Below, piece by piece: positions 38,902 to 50,679 of a DNA stretch of 64,000 nucleotides (position 1 is the stretch's first letter; every line of letters starts with the position of its first letter). The translations under genes and the position numbers were made by a program. This DNA comes from Ginglymostoma cirratum (lineage: Eukaryota): positions 19,240,685 through 19,304,684 of the forward strand of contig JAHRHZ010000002.1 of the NCBI GenBank assembly GCA_024137785.1, given 5' to 3'. Under the pieces are notes generated by a model. The model saw only the letters and a program-made list of their open reading frames with translations, ran no database searches and was not told the DNA's origin.

Positions 38902-40496
38902 ATGATGCATCTTTCTGAGTTACTGCTGTCAACGATGTTACAATATGTAAGCTATTTAATATTTTCTATCATAAGCTTAGATTTTGCTTGGGCTGTCAGA
39001 TGGTCTTCTTTGTAATTCACTTCTCTGTCAATTGTGGTCATACGATTTGATTTTACTGATTTCAACTTGCGGTAACATTTACCATCACATTGCTTTATAT
39101 TTAATTAACTGTGAAAAATCTGTGCCATCCTTGTGAAGAGTGATAATTCTTCGACTTATTAGGTCAGTTCCAATACTAGCCAACGTTCCATTCCTATGGA
39201 TTGTTCATGGATACTTGGATGGAAGTTTGGCTGAGTTTCCATTCATACTCTATCCTGATTTTCTGATTATCTGCTGCCAATCATGGTATCAAATCTAAAC
39301 ACACCTCTAAGAAATTAACGCTGAAATGTGAACAGAATGGCACTTTTACTTTTTGAAAATCTATTGAATATTTATTTCCAAGCACTAGCAGCTCTCAGCA
39401 TAGTTATCATTATACCTAATGGTGCAAAGTAAGACCAGGGCTTTATGTTGATATTCCATACCAAAGATATTTGTGAGGCTACTAATTAGTAAGTGGGTAA
39501 GCCCACTTACTCTGTATCTACAGCGTACCAGTGCAATAAGTCAATGGTGTATCTGTCTGGTGTAAAGACAACAAGAATGGGACCATTTTTAACAGTTCAA
39601 CTGTCATCTACAAGATCCCCTGCAGGGACTGCGAGAAACAATACATCGGACAAACTTAAGGAAACTAACAACAAGAGTACATGAACACCAACTGGCTACA
39701 AAAGGACACAACCAATACTCACTCATATCAATCCACATAGACAAGGAGAACCACCACTTCGACTGGGACAACACCAAGATCCTGGGACAAGCTACGCAGA
39801 GACAGGCATGAGAATTCCTAGAAGCGTGGCACTCCACGAAGCATGCTATTAATAAACACATTGAACTCGACCTCATATACCTTCCACTAAGAGGAAACCC
39901 GGAAGTGAGACAATCCATCTCAACAGACCCTGGAGTTTAAAAACTAGGTGGGAAAACACACCGACACTTCATCGGATGCTGCACTGAGGATGTTACCAAG
40001 CAGAGTAATGAAACGTCTGTGAAACAAGAAACCAGCTGGGCCAGCCAACCAACCTCCACAACCTCAGATCAACTAAATACACCGGTCGAATTGCTGCAAC
40101 AAATAGACAATTCGAGATTGAAACCAGATTGTGTCTATTACCAACCTCCACAATAAACAGATTGATTCAGGAACATACTACTGCCAAATAGAAAGATTTG
40201 CCTTTGGAACGACAACCAGGCCAGGTGCAATACCAACTGTGAAAGGTAGGGTTACTCAAGATTTGTCCATTGTACAGTGCTGTCCATTGATTGCTTTGCT
40301 TTAACGTAAAATGAAGTTGACATAGTGCACTATTTTCAAGGATTGAAATACTATCAGGCGCATTTAGGCAAATGCTGTGTTCAGATATAATTCACTGCCA
40401 GTAAGATGTTTTTATTTAATGAAATATAATTTATGTCATTTTTCTATGTTTTATTTAGCAATAGTGATTATTACATTAATGTGTTTATTGGTATAA
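38902..40496 (+). pseudogene. Gene-2-like NCR3 pseudogene: leader (38902-38946), V exon (~39440-40245) split by a Penelope insertion, TM relic (~40367-40496)
   Basis: AHLLCIYSVPVQ*VNGVSVWCKDNKNGT...[PLE]...KYTGRI../SITNLHNKQIDSGTYYCQIERFAFGTTTRPGAIPTVK|gtaggg. The pre-ATG sequence agatcactgcgaagtgATG resembles gene 2 agatcgctgagaagcaATG. Confidence 0.75.
39603..40064 (+). mobile_element. 5'-truncated Penelope-like (Poseidon-type) element, GIY-YIG end
   Basis: VIYKIPCRDCEKQYIGQT/RKLTTRVHEH...HHFDWDNTKIL...EFLEAWHS...INKHIELD. Hammerhead motif at 39981-40020. TSD cag(t/a)tcaact at 39593-39602 and 40065-40074. Confidence 0.9.
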
Positions 40497-40759
40497 AATC
40501 TGGAAACATTCACAATTGTACGTATCCATTTAGAAATACTCCAATCTCCAATTAACAATGTGGATTGTGGTCAATGCCTCTACAATTGTACGTGCTTGGA
40601 TAATGCTACGTATGTCAGAAGTATATCATGGCAGAGAGTCAAAAATACAAAATATACCACACATAAAGTAATCATTTATAATGCAATTTCCCAAATGAAT
40701 AGATCTAAATTGAACATGTTCATATTGTAAACATATACAAATGTTAATGGAAACTGAAG

Positions 40760-41408
40760 CCAATAAAAACAGAAATTGCTGGAGAAGTTCTGGCAGCATC
40801 TGAGGAGAGAAAACAGAGTTAACATTTTGAGTCCTGTGACCCTTCTGTTTTCGTTCGTTTTAGTTCTCCAGCATCCAGTTTTTCTTTTGTCAGATTGTCG
40901 TGCTGCTTACTCTAAAATGTTTTCTAGTCGTTGAGGGACAGGACTCTTTCTTTCCACCGTTTTGGTTGTGTTTAGATGCATTAATTTCAAAGTATCTGAG
41001 AAAACAGAAACTAGTTCAAAAGTGCATTTTTGTTTCTTGTTTTCTCCATGATGTCTTATTTGGTTTTGTGTTTTTCTTTCAGCTAGAGCTGACCTGCATT
41101 CTGCCATTAACACCCACTCTGGATGGTTTCTCCATTATCATTACCACTCTCTTTCCTTTCTTCCCATAACACCTTTAATGGTTAATTACCTTTGCCTTCT
41201 TCCTTGGCCTTCTCTTTTTCACCATCCCTCTCCTTTTCAACAGCAGAAATCATTTCCACTTCTCTTCAGTTCTGAAGGAGACCCATATTTGTCTCTGAAT
41301 GTTAAACCAGTTTCTCTCACTTCACATGCTGATGGATCTGTTAAGTTGCTACAGTACTTTTTGTGTCTACATATCGGTTTGCTAGCATCTCCAATATTTT
41401 GCTTTTCC
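40760..41408. mobile_element. Degenerate Penelope-derived terminal-repeat fragments
   Basis: aaaacagaaattgctggaga... and inverted counterparts; degenerate hammerhead at ~41268-41308. Confidence 0.6.
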
Positions 41409-41458
41409 ACTACTTTGAGAGTATTGAAATGAAACTCTTCTGGGCAGCTACTTTACAG

Positions 41459-41791
41459 CAGTAAAGGTCAAAGCATTTCAATCACCGCCTTCCAACTGAG
41501 ACTATGGAAGGAGAGATGGCCTTTCTGCTTTGCACTTACAGCACATCCAAAGCACACCTCATTGGAGCATTTTCATAGTACAAAAGTGTAAAATGTGCAA
41601 AGGAAGAGTCTAAGGTTTCCAAAACACCTGCAAAATATTCAGGCCAAAGTATTGAAGTGAATGGTACATCTTTTGACTTTTCCATCATATTTATTAAGCT
41701 GAATGGCAATGACTCAGGAACATATTACTACCAGATGTAGTTTACATTTTTGGCAAAAACACTGGATAAGGAACAATATTAACAGTTAAAC
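41459..41791 (+). pseudogene. Gene-2-like NCR3 V-exon pseudogene
   Basis: MEGEMAFLLCTYSTSKAHLIGAFS*YKS...KYSGQ...NDSGTYYYQM*.../TG*GTILTVK. Core Trp to TAG, Cys to Tyr, frameshifts, and donor GT mutated to AT. Confidence 0.8.
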
Positions 41792-42039
41792 ATAAACTGA
41801 TAAGGGATGGGGGAGAAGGACGAGCGGGAAAGAGTAAGGAACATTTAAATGTGTATGGGAGCCCCAAAATCTGAAAGAAATGGTAACAGAACCTCTTTTG
41901 TCAGAGATACTTCACTCTTCTTTGGCATTAGAAAACGTGCAATGATTTAAATTCTTCAAATTAATACCATATGAAGGGCACCAATGAATCTTACAAGCTA
42001 CAGACGGAGAGAGCAAATGCAGCTTACAACTGGGTAGGG

Positions 42040-42420
42040 ACGGAGGAAATGACAGCTGGAAATGCCGTCGGCCAAAAGTTGAGTTTTAACAGGAATGATT
42101 ATGTTATAAGTGCAGAAAGCTTTTGAAAGGAAATTAGTAAGACACTGGCGAGGGCAACAGAAAGGTGACTTAATACTGTGTCGAACGTGGGTTGTGCGTT
42201 GGGTGTGGTAGGTGTAGAGAAAGGGAGATTCTGGGTAATGGTAGGATGACTATGTGGAGCAAGAGGGTGAAAATGTAGTATTGAATAATAAACAGATTTG
42301 AAGATGGATGAGGGGTGGTGAAGTTTATATTTGGGTCTTTGGCAAAGTGAGAGACAAAGCAAGACAATAGAAAGCTTTCCCAAACAGTGACGGTTAAAAT
42401 TGGAATGTAGCAATGCGGTA
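42040..42420 (-). mobile_element. L2-like LINE 3' remnant (another at ~47200-47560)
   Basis: Reverse complement resembles the L2 C-terminal LDYSN../HITP../QR..F pattern. Confidence 0.45.
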
Positions 42421-43409
42421 ATATACTTGATTAAAAATTTGCTGTTACGCTTAATTCTCCGATTCGAATCACTGTTGAGTTACAATTCATGTTAATATTC
42501 CAACAAAAGACATTGCAATTTGCATTAATAATCAGTGTTAACGTCACTGGTTTAGCAATCGGGAGACCGCGTCTTACGCTGTAGAGTCATAGGTCAAGTT
42601 TATATTCACGTTATTATAAAGAATCTGAAATTAAAAGCTGGTTTCATTTGTAGTAATTATAGATTGTGGTGAGAACTCATCTAGTTCACAAATCTTGTAT
42701 GGGCAACGAAACTTAGTGTCTATAGTCAATATGTCTAGATACACAGCAAGTTGTTGACTCTTGACTGCCTTCTCAAATATTCCATTAAGCCATTCAAAGG
42801 CAATAAGGGACAAGCTTTACTGATTAAAAAAAAGTTTTGAGCTTCCATTAGGTTGTTTTTTCCTATTTAACGAATAAAAGAATTTGAAGCTGATCTATGG
42901 AAATTTTGAACGAGTGCTGCTTTACTAAATAACATACAAAATATAAAACTCCGATTTTTTTAGACGCCAGCGAAGTCCTCTTTTGTAATAGGATCTTTGC
43001 GGGTTTCCTTTCCCACGCCTTAGCAAGTTTATTTGTGAAACTTAAGGGAAAAGAACGTAAGTGATGTTTTGCATAATTTAAGGTGACCGGTCAGTATTTC
43101 TCTGAAGAACAAGGAAAGAGTTTCTGAACCTTAAATTCGAAACCTATGCGAGTAAGACAGCAGGTTATCTCAATGCACAGAATCCCCGAACATATTTAAG
43201 TGGGGACTTGGTCCCGTATGTTTACGTTTTAAAAATTCTTTCACAGATGCGTCTGTCATCGGCAGGGCCAACTTTTTTTTTTGCCTATGCATAGTTGGGG
43301 TAGTGACGGTGTGAATGTGAGGAGCAACTTTCTTGAACCGCTACAGTGTTTGTGATGCAATTGTACCCACGGTGTTTCTAAGACGTTGATACAGCGACAG
43401 TGAAGGAAT

Positions 43410-43575
43410 GACGATAACACAGTGTAGAACTGGTGGAACACGGCAGGCCAGACAGCATCAGAGGACCAGGAAAGCTGACGTTTCGGGTCGGGACCCTTCT
43501 TCAGAAATGGGGGAAGGGAAGGGGATCTTTCCGGAGGGAGGAGGGTAACTTCTTCAAGTTTGGCAACCTTAGAAG
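43410..43575 (-). mobile_element. Penelope-derived fragment nested in a degenerate SINE/LINE tail (43235-43669)
   Basis: gataacacagtgtagaactgg...gacgtttcgggtcgggacccttcttcag with a hammerhead core on the minus strand. Confidence 0.7.
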
Positions 43576-43669
43576 GTGAAGGAACGACGATGTATTTCCA
43601 AGTCAAGATCCTGTGTGACTTGGAAAGGGAACCTACAGAAGACGGTTTTCCCTTTCTCATGCATCCGCT

Positions 43670-44345
43670 AAGAGTTGTTAAGATTATTGAAAGCGATACA
43701 TGACGCTTGTTTCGGGTCAATATGCGATCGGTCGCTTCGTTCTTGCTGTTTAGGGTACAGGCCTGCGTACCTACTGAAACGTAGAACAACAAACCATAAT
43801 GCCAGTCCAATCGAAATTGCAATCTCATATTATTTGCTAGATAGCTTCAGTAGATCAAGGAGTTTCAAAATACTGGTGAAATGCTCAATTTAGACGGCTA
43901 CTGAATCCGCAAGACGCCATGACAAGCGGAGATTGCAATCAATAGTGTTTCTATTGCAGTAAAAGTTGTGTAGTGATTCTTCAGTAAAGCATCCAAAATT
44001 GGTAATTAGGTTCAGAAGGTTTGCTTCTGCTGCCCACGTAATGTTACTGTGAGGCCCTTGGAACATCCAATCCCAACTCTCATTCCCAGGCGGGCTCTTG
44101 GCCCAAGAGCAGTCGAGTGCAAAATTGCTGACAAACGTTCTGATAGTTACTTTCTTCTGTTAGTCTTGGGTGGTACGTGAACAGTCAAGAGATCACTTGG
44201 CAACGTCGGTGCACAGTTCTTTCAAACTGTGATAAGATTTCCATTGCAAACGTATGTGCTACACGGATAGTTCCAGTTTGAAATATGTTTGCACAAAGTT
44301 GATGCAAATGTGTGCCGGCACCCATATCCAACGATTTTCTCTCTG
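43670..44345 (+). pseudogene. Decayed intronless V-J-C1 Ig-superfamily gene
   Basis: VKIIESDT, (G)YR, DSFSRSR, FYC (43955), FSKASK/LVIR, then in the same frame AAHVMLL*GP..SAKLL, WYVNSQEIT, VLSNCD, *N, C..RHP. Confidence 0.45.
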
Positions 44346-46529
44346 TCCCAACCTACCCCGACTTTTCCCAATTAGAATACTAATAAGCATTCCGTCCAGT
44401 CCTATTTGAATCTTGTAAATAAATTAGCAACGCTACATGTCACTTTTATGAGCTGTACTGAGAGAGCAGACTGCAGAAGTGGAGCTGTGGAAGTCCTTCT
44501 CTGAATCGTTTTATGTTAAATGTAGATGATGTGGCATACATGATTCTGTATGAATATTGTCATAGGTGGAGCTTTGTCTTCCACCAGCTGCATAGCCCGG
44601 AAGTTGAGATGGGAAGGCACTCAATGTCGCAGAGGAGGTTGCAATAGCCATGCTTCCAATTTAAGATTTCATATATGTAAGCGAAGATGTGAACCTTTCA
44701 CTCAACTAGCCTTTTTACTGGTATGTTGCTGCAAAGATTTGTAGACAGAGGGAAGAGAGAACGTCTTACCTCACATCCTGTAACACCAAGTGACATGGCT
44801 TCCTTTCCCTCCTCCTTTGGACCTCCTGTCAGCCCGTTCTGAATAAAGCTTTGACCTCTGCGAAGAGTTTTAACTCCTTTGTTACCAGTTCTGATATTTT
44901 GCGTTTCCAATAAATTTCTAACGTCCAGATAAACATTAAGGAAGAACAGATAAGATGATAGTTTGTATATTCTCGCTTTTATTCAATTATCCAAGGTCCT
45001 TCAATCCACTTCATTGAAGCTGTAAATTTGCCAACCCTATTTTCCCTTTTTATCACAAAGTCGTTAAACTCAAAAGAATTAAATAATGAGGACCTGCATC
45101 TTCTTAGAACCATTAGGTCCACGAGGAGACATCCTCATCGTAATACCTTTTCAATTTAGAGTCATTTCTTTTCAATTTATGAAATTGCATTTTGGGATTA
45201 AATGTATTTTCTACGGTATGTTTAAAAATCTTTAAATTTGTGTTATAAATAAATACAAATTATTACATTTTTGTTCATTTATTTTGTTATTAAACTTCTG
45301 TTTTATTGTTACTGAAAAGCCTGCAGCATTGCCTCCTTGCGTTTCAGATGTGACTTGACCAATAGTAACTTCGAATGGAATCATAACAAGAGGTTCTTAA
45401 ATTTTTGCCTTTCGGTCAATTTATAATGCAGTTACAGCAATTTCAAATGACAGCTTATGTGTCAGTAGTTTCTCAGAACTTGCATCATGTTACACTTCCT
45501 GCGGGACAGGACCAGACCATTTGGCCAAACTGAGAAATGGTGGAATTTGAATTCAATAAGAATCTGGAATTAAAAGTTTGATAATGACCATGAATCCATT
45601 GTTGGTGGTTGGCAAACCCCAAGTGGTTCACTAACATCCTTTAGGGAAGGAAACTGCCATCCTAACCTGGTCTGGCCTACATGTGAATTCAGACCCACAG
45701 AAATATGGTTGACTTTTAACTGCCCTCTCGGCAATTAGGGATGGTAAATAAATGCTGGCTGAGCCAGACACTCCCACATCCCATGAATGAATAAAGAAAA
45801 GAAAACTGCTCCAAGTTGGTAGATTTCTTTCGGTTCCAAAGTCTTTGGAGTATAACTCTGCTTTTACTCTCCACAAATGCTACAATACCTGCAGAATTTT
45901 TCTAGCATCTTCAGTTTTCATTTTTTTAAAAATTCCAGACTTCGTGGTATTTTGCTTTTATATGATCCACATTAATGTTTATCCTCCAGAGCAGCCTCCT
46001 CCCAGACCCTAGCATGTCACCCTATCAGCCTTATTTCCTTTCTCATGTTCTTTCCAGCTTCCTCTTGAATGCATTTATGTTATTTGTCGCAGCTATTTCA
46101 TGTGTTAACTAGTTCCTCTGGTTAATGACCACTCTGCAGAAAACATTTTTCCCGAATTCTTGACGGAATTAATTATTGACGTAAATTTATGTCCTTTATC
46201 CAGCTAAGGGTGTCTAATAGTAGAAACAATTACTATACGTCTAACTGTCAACTTCTTTTACTGTTTTAATATCATCTATCAAGTAATATTTCAATACCAG
46301 GCTTATCAGGAAGCATTTATTCAGACAAAGTGTAGTTGAAATCTTGAATGCTCTCCCTCTGCGTTTGGTACCCATCTGAGTGTTTCAACCTGAATATAAT
46401 TGTATTGTCTTACAGCAAAATTAGATAATTATAGTACGAAGATAACAACGAAATGTAGATTTGTATCATGGAAAATGAATTCTTAATTGGTTATATTTTA
46501 TCCACTTTCTCTCATGCCACAGAAATCTT

Positions 46530-46865
46530 TACAACCCATAAAGATCCATGAAAAAGAAATGGAGACATCTGAAACGTAGGTACCCAAGACATCTGATAAC
46601 AATTCCACGCAAAAACCATAAGACAAATGAAACAGTAGCAAAAATAATTCCAAAGAAAATCGTGGAGAAAGAAAGCATCACTTCTGGCATTTGATCAGAG
46701 CTTTAAAAATGACAAGGATCTCCAGAGGGCAAGACAGATGGCAGTAGAAAGAGGCGTCAATCGAAATGCAGCTGAATGATGGCTGTCAAAGAGCCATTGC
46801 TAGGGAGCTACAGAGACGTGTCAGAATGGAGTAAGACAGACAAACATGATGAACTACGGCAAATG
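46530..46865 (+). mobile_element. RTE-like LINE 3' remnant
   Basis: NHKTNETV, HFWHLIR, EGKTDGSRKR resemble RTE C-terminal motifs. Confidence 0.55.
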
Positions 46866-48565
46866 GTCTTCTGGAGCTGGTGACATAGTGACAATGTCCC
46901 TGGATCAGTAATCGAGAAATTCCTGGCAAAAGATGTGGGATGATGAGTTCAAACTCTACCATGGCAGGTAGTCAATTTTGATTTCTAAAAAACAAATCTG
47001 GTTCACTTATGTCCTTTGGAGGAGGAAACCTGACAGCATTGCCAGGTCTGGTCTGCATATGACTCCAGATGCACAGCAATGTGGTGGATTTATAACTGAC
47101 TTCTAAGCAAATACAGGTTAAGCAAGAAATTCTGGCCTAGCAAGCGATGCCAATACTCAATGAACAAAGAAAATCAAAAACAGTAAAACCAAGAATTTTT
47201 TTTTCTATTTGTGGTGTTCAGAAATCGAGGATCAATGGCAGGGAGGCAAGTGTGGGATAGGGTAAGGACAGAAATTACTTGTGGAATACACAAGGAGTTA
47301 GCGCAAGATTTCAAAGAACTGAAATTTGCGTTTAGTGGAAGATAGAAGGCCAGAAATTCAGAAGTGAAAAGTGGAGCACCCGCATGTACAAAGACATTGT
47401 GAGTGTTTGAATAGCCGATGAAGCAAGTCGAGGCAGTGGAAAATGACAGCTCTTGAGGTGGAAGGAAGTGCAATGATAAAGTGAACAGTGGTGTATGGCG
47501 ATGAACGGTTGTCAACATATGATACCTTATGAGGGTTTGGGACCACTGGATGCTGTGAAGAACACTTTTGACTCGCTTTTCCATCTCATGTGACATGAGA
47601 TGCTATGCCAGCTATTATACAAGTGATTGTTATTCAAGACCAGTAAACAGTGCATGTTGACGCTACTACTTAACATTTTAAACTAATCACATAAATAATC
47701 AGTACATTGATTCCTAATAAAGCAGAATATTGGCTCATTTGATAAGACCTATAAATGCAAAACTAAAATACAAATCGCATGGTTCAAAGTGATGTTGGGA
47801 AGTTTACACTTTGGATAACCAGTAAAACATTCAGGAAAAAAAAGAAATTCTCTATTCAAATATTTACAATTTTCGAACTGTGAAATAAGCCTTAATATAC
47901 GCCAAAGAACTTCTTTAGCAACGATTGTTTTTTCATGATTTAATCCTGGATCCTTCAGCGTTTAAATGTTGAATAAATTTCATAAAGTCTTTTTTTCACT
48001 CTTTTACCCTAATTTTCTCTCGATTCCACCGTTTTCCCCTTTCTGTTTTATTTTCTGTACCTGTTTAAGAGATCACAGGTGCAAAAGGAGGCTACTCGGC
48101 CTTTCCACTCTACACTGGCTCATCAAAGGCATATCATGTCTTCGAGACATTCTCACGTTTTCCCACACCTCCACTCTCCTGCACATTGTTTATGTTTAAT
48201 TAATCATTTGTCTTGAAAGCTGCAATTGAATTTGCTCCAACCATACATGCAGGTAGTATGTTCTAGACCAGAACCATTCATATTGTGTCTTTTTCTTCCA
48301 TCATATTTGCTTCTTTCGCAAATGACTGCAAGTGTGTGCCTCTCAGTCTTGATCCATTTGCAAGTAGAAACAATTTTTCTCTATCTACTCCATACAGACA
48401 CCTCATGATTTTGAAAACTTCTGCCAGATCTACTCTCAGTCTTCTTTCTCAGCATCATATCTTTATTCTGGTATTTGTTGCCACTATTAATAAAACCGAA
48501 GATACATGTCGCTTTACCAACTGCTTTCTCCAACTGTTCTGCTACTTTCAATGATCTATGCATAT

Positions 48566-49812
48566 GTTTACTTTAGTGATGGAATGGGATAGGTATATAC
48601 CACAGGGCAAGATTTATAGCTGGGCGAAAGGCAATTATGAGACGATTAGGCAAGATTTAGGATGCATAGCATGGGGAAGGAAACTGCAAGGGCTGGGCAC
48701 AATTGAAATGTGGAGCTTGTTTAAGGAACAGCTACTGCGTGTCCTTGATAAATATGTACCTATCAGGCAGGGAGGAAGTGGTCAAGCGAGGGAACCGTGG
48801 TTTACTAAAGAAGTTGAATCTCTTGTCAAGTGGAAGAAGAAGGCTTATGTAAAGATGAGGCATGAAGGCTCAGTTAGGGCGCTTGAGAGTTACAAGTTAG
48901 CTAGGAAGGACCTAAAGAGAGAGCTAAGAATAGCCAGGAGGGGACATGAGAAGTCTTTGGCAGGTAGGATCAAGGAAAACCCTAAAGCTTTCTATAGCTA
49001 TGTCAGGAATAAAAGAATGACTAGAATAAGATTAGGGCCAGTCGAGGACAGTAATGGGAAATTGTGCATGGAGTCCGAAGAGATAGGAGAGGCGCTAAAT
49101 GAATATTTTTTGTCAGTATTCACACAGGAAAAAGACAATGTTGTCGAGGAGAATGCTGAGATACAGGCTATTAGACTAGACAGAATTGAGGTTCATAAGG
49201 AGGAGGTGTTAGCAATTCTGGAAAGTGTGAAAATAGATAAGTCCCCTGGGCCAGATGGGATTTATCCTAGGATTCTCTGGAAAGATAGGGAGGAGATTGC
49301 AGAGCATTTGGCTTTGATCTTTATGTCGTCATTGTCTACAGGAATAGTGCCAGAAGACTGGAGGATAGCAAATGTTGTTCCCTTGTTCAAGAAGGGGAGT
49401 AGAGACAACCCTGGTAATTATAGACCAGTGAGCCTTACTTCGGTTGTGGGTAAAGTGTTGGAAAGGATTATAAGAGATAGGATTTCTAATTATCCAGAAA
49501 GGAATAATTTGATTAGGGATAATCAACACGGTTTTGTGAAGGGTAGGTCGTGCCTCACAAATCTTATTGAGTTCTTTGAGAAAGTGAACCAAACTGGTGG
49601 ATGAGGGTAAAGCGGTTGATGTGGTGTATATGGATTTCAGTATAGTGTTTGATAAGGTTCCCCATGGTAGGCTATTGCAGAAAATATGGAGGCATGGGAT
49701 TGAGGGTGATTTAGCGGTTTGGATCAGAAATTGGCTAGCTGTAAGAAGACAGAGGGTAGTGGTTGATGGGAAATGTTCATCCTGGAGTTCAGTTACTAGT
49801 GGTGTACCGCAC
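48566..49812 (+). mobile_element. Young CR1 ORF2 internal fragment (tether + RT N-half)
   Basis: 348-aa ORF with PWFTKEV, KENPKAFYSY, KSPGPDGIYPR, PGNYRPVSLTS, QHGFVKGRSCLTNL. Frameshift near 49590, then YMDFS.VFDKVPH and SGVP. Confidence 0.95.
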
Positions 49813-50679
49813 GGATCTGACTGGTCTGCAATTGCTGGACTTATCCTTACAACATTTTTCAATCATCATGACCTCTGCAAATAGAATATACCATCTTGTT
49901 CAAGAAAGATGCAAAGTTTCCATCTACCACCTCAGATATGCCCTGACTTCCTGTGCAAATCCTCCTTTTTGTCCCTGATTGGCCCTACTCCTGCTTTTAC
50001 TATCCCTTTACTAATTATGCACCGATAGAAGATTTTTGCATTCCACACATATAGTTTGCCAATCTTTTCTCATATTTCGCCCTTCTATCTCTTTCGTGCT
50101 TTTCACGCTTCCTAGATGTTCACGCTTCCTAGATGAAATTCCCTGCATTCACTTTATAACAGGCACCATCCAGGAGACAGCTTTCATCCTGGAGTCATTT
50201 CTACGGCCGTGGAAATGTTTGTTCCATTGAGTAGTGGATTGCTCCTCCTTTCTTCTTCCCACCCTCCCAAGTTCCTCCTCTCCCCCACTCCCCTATACAG
50301 GTGACCTGCTGGTAGTTCCACAAACTGCCTCTGACTGCATTCCTTAGTCGAACAAGTGACGTAATCAGCTTCCAAATCGAGGAAAGGAAACAAATTGCAG
50401 ACGTGATTCAAGGGCACTGCTGCATTCCCTGCACGTTTCTCCTGAATTTCTTGTCAGTCATCCATCTCCTTTCTGCCTCTATGTGCTTAATCTTTTAACC
50501 ACTCTTTTAAAAGATTATGAGGAGAAAGCCGAGGCTTCGCTGGGTGTTTCGGGGGTAATTATGAGAATGGAACCTCCAGTCCCTTATACAGACTGGGGGT
50601 TGTGTTTTTGTTTAATTATCAGAGGGGTTCGCCTATTCCCCCTCCGTAACATAGTGATTTGATAGCTGAGCTCCTTTCT

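Noticed and set aside
43247-43262. Acceptor plus DASVI as the start of the 43670 V relic
   Set aside because: The sequence matches the reverse-complement 3' end of the local SINE-type repeat.
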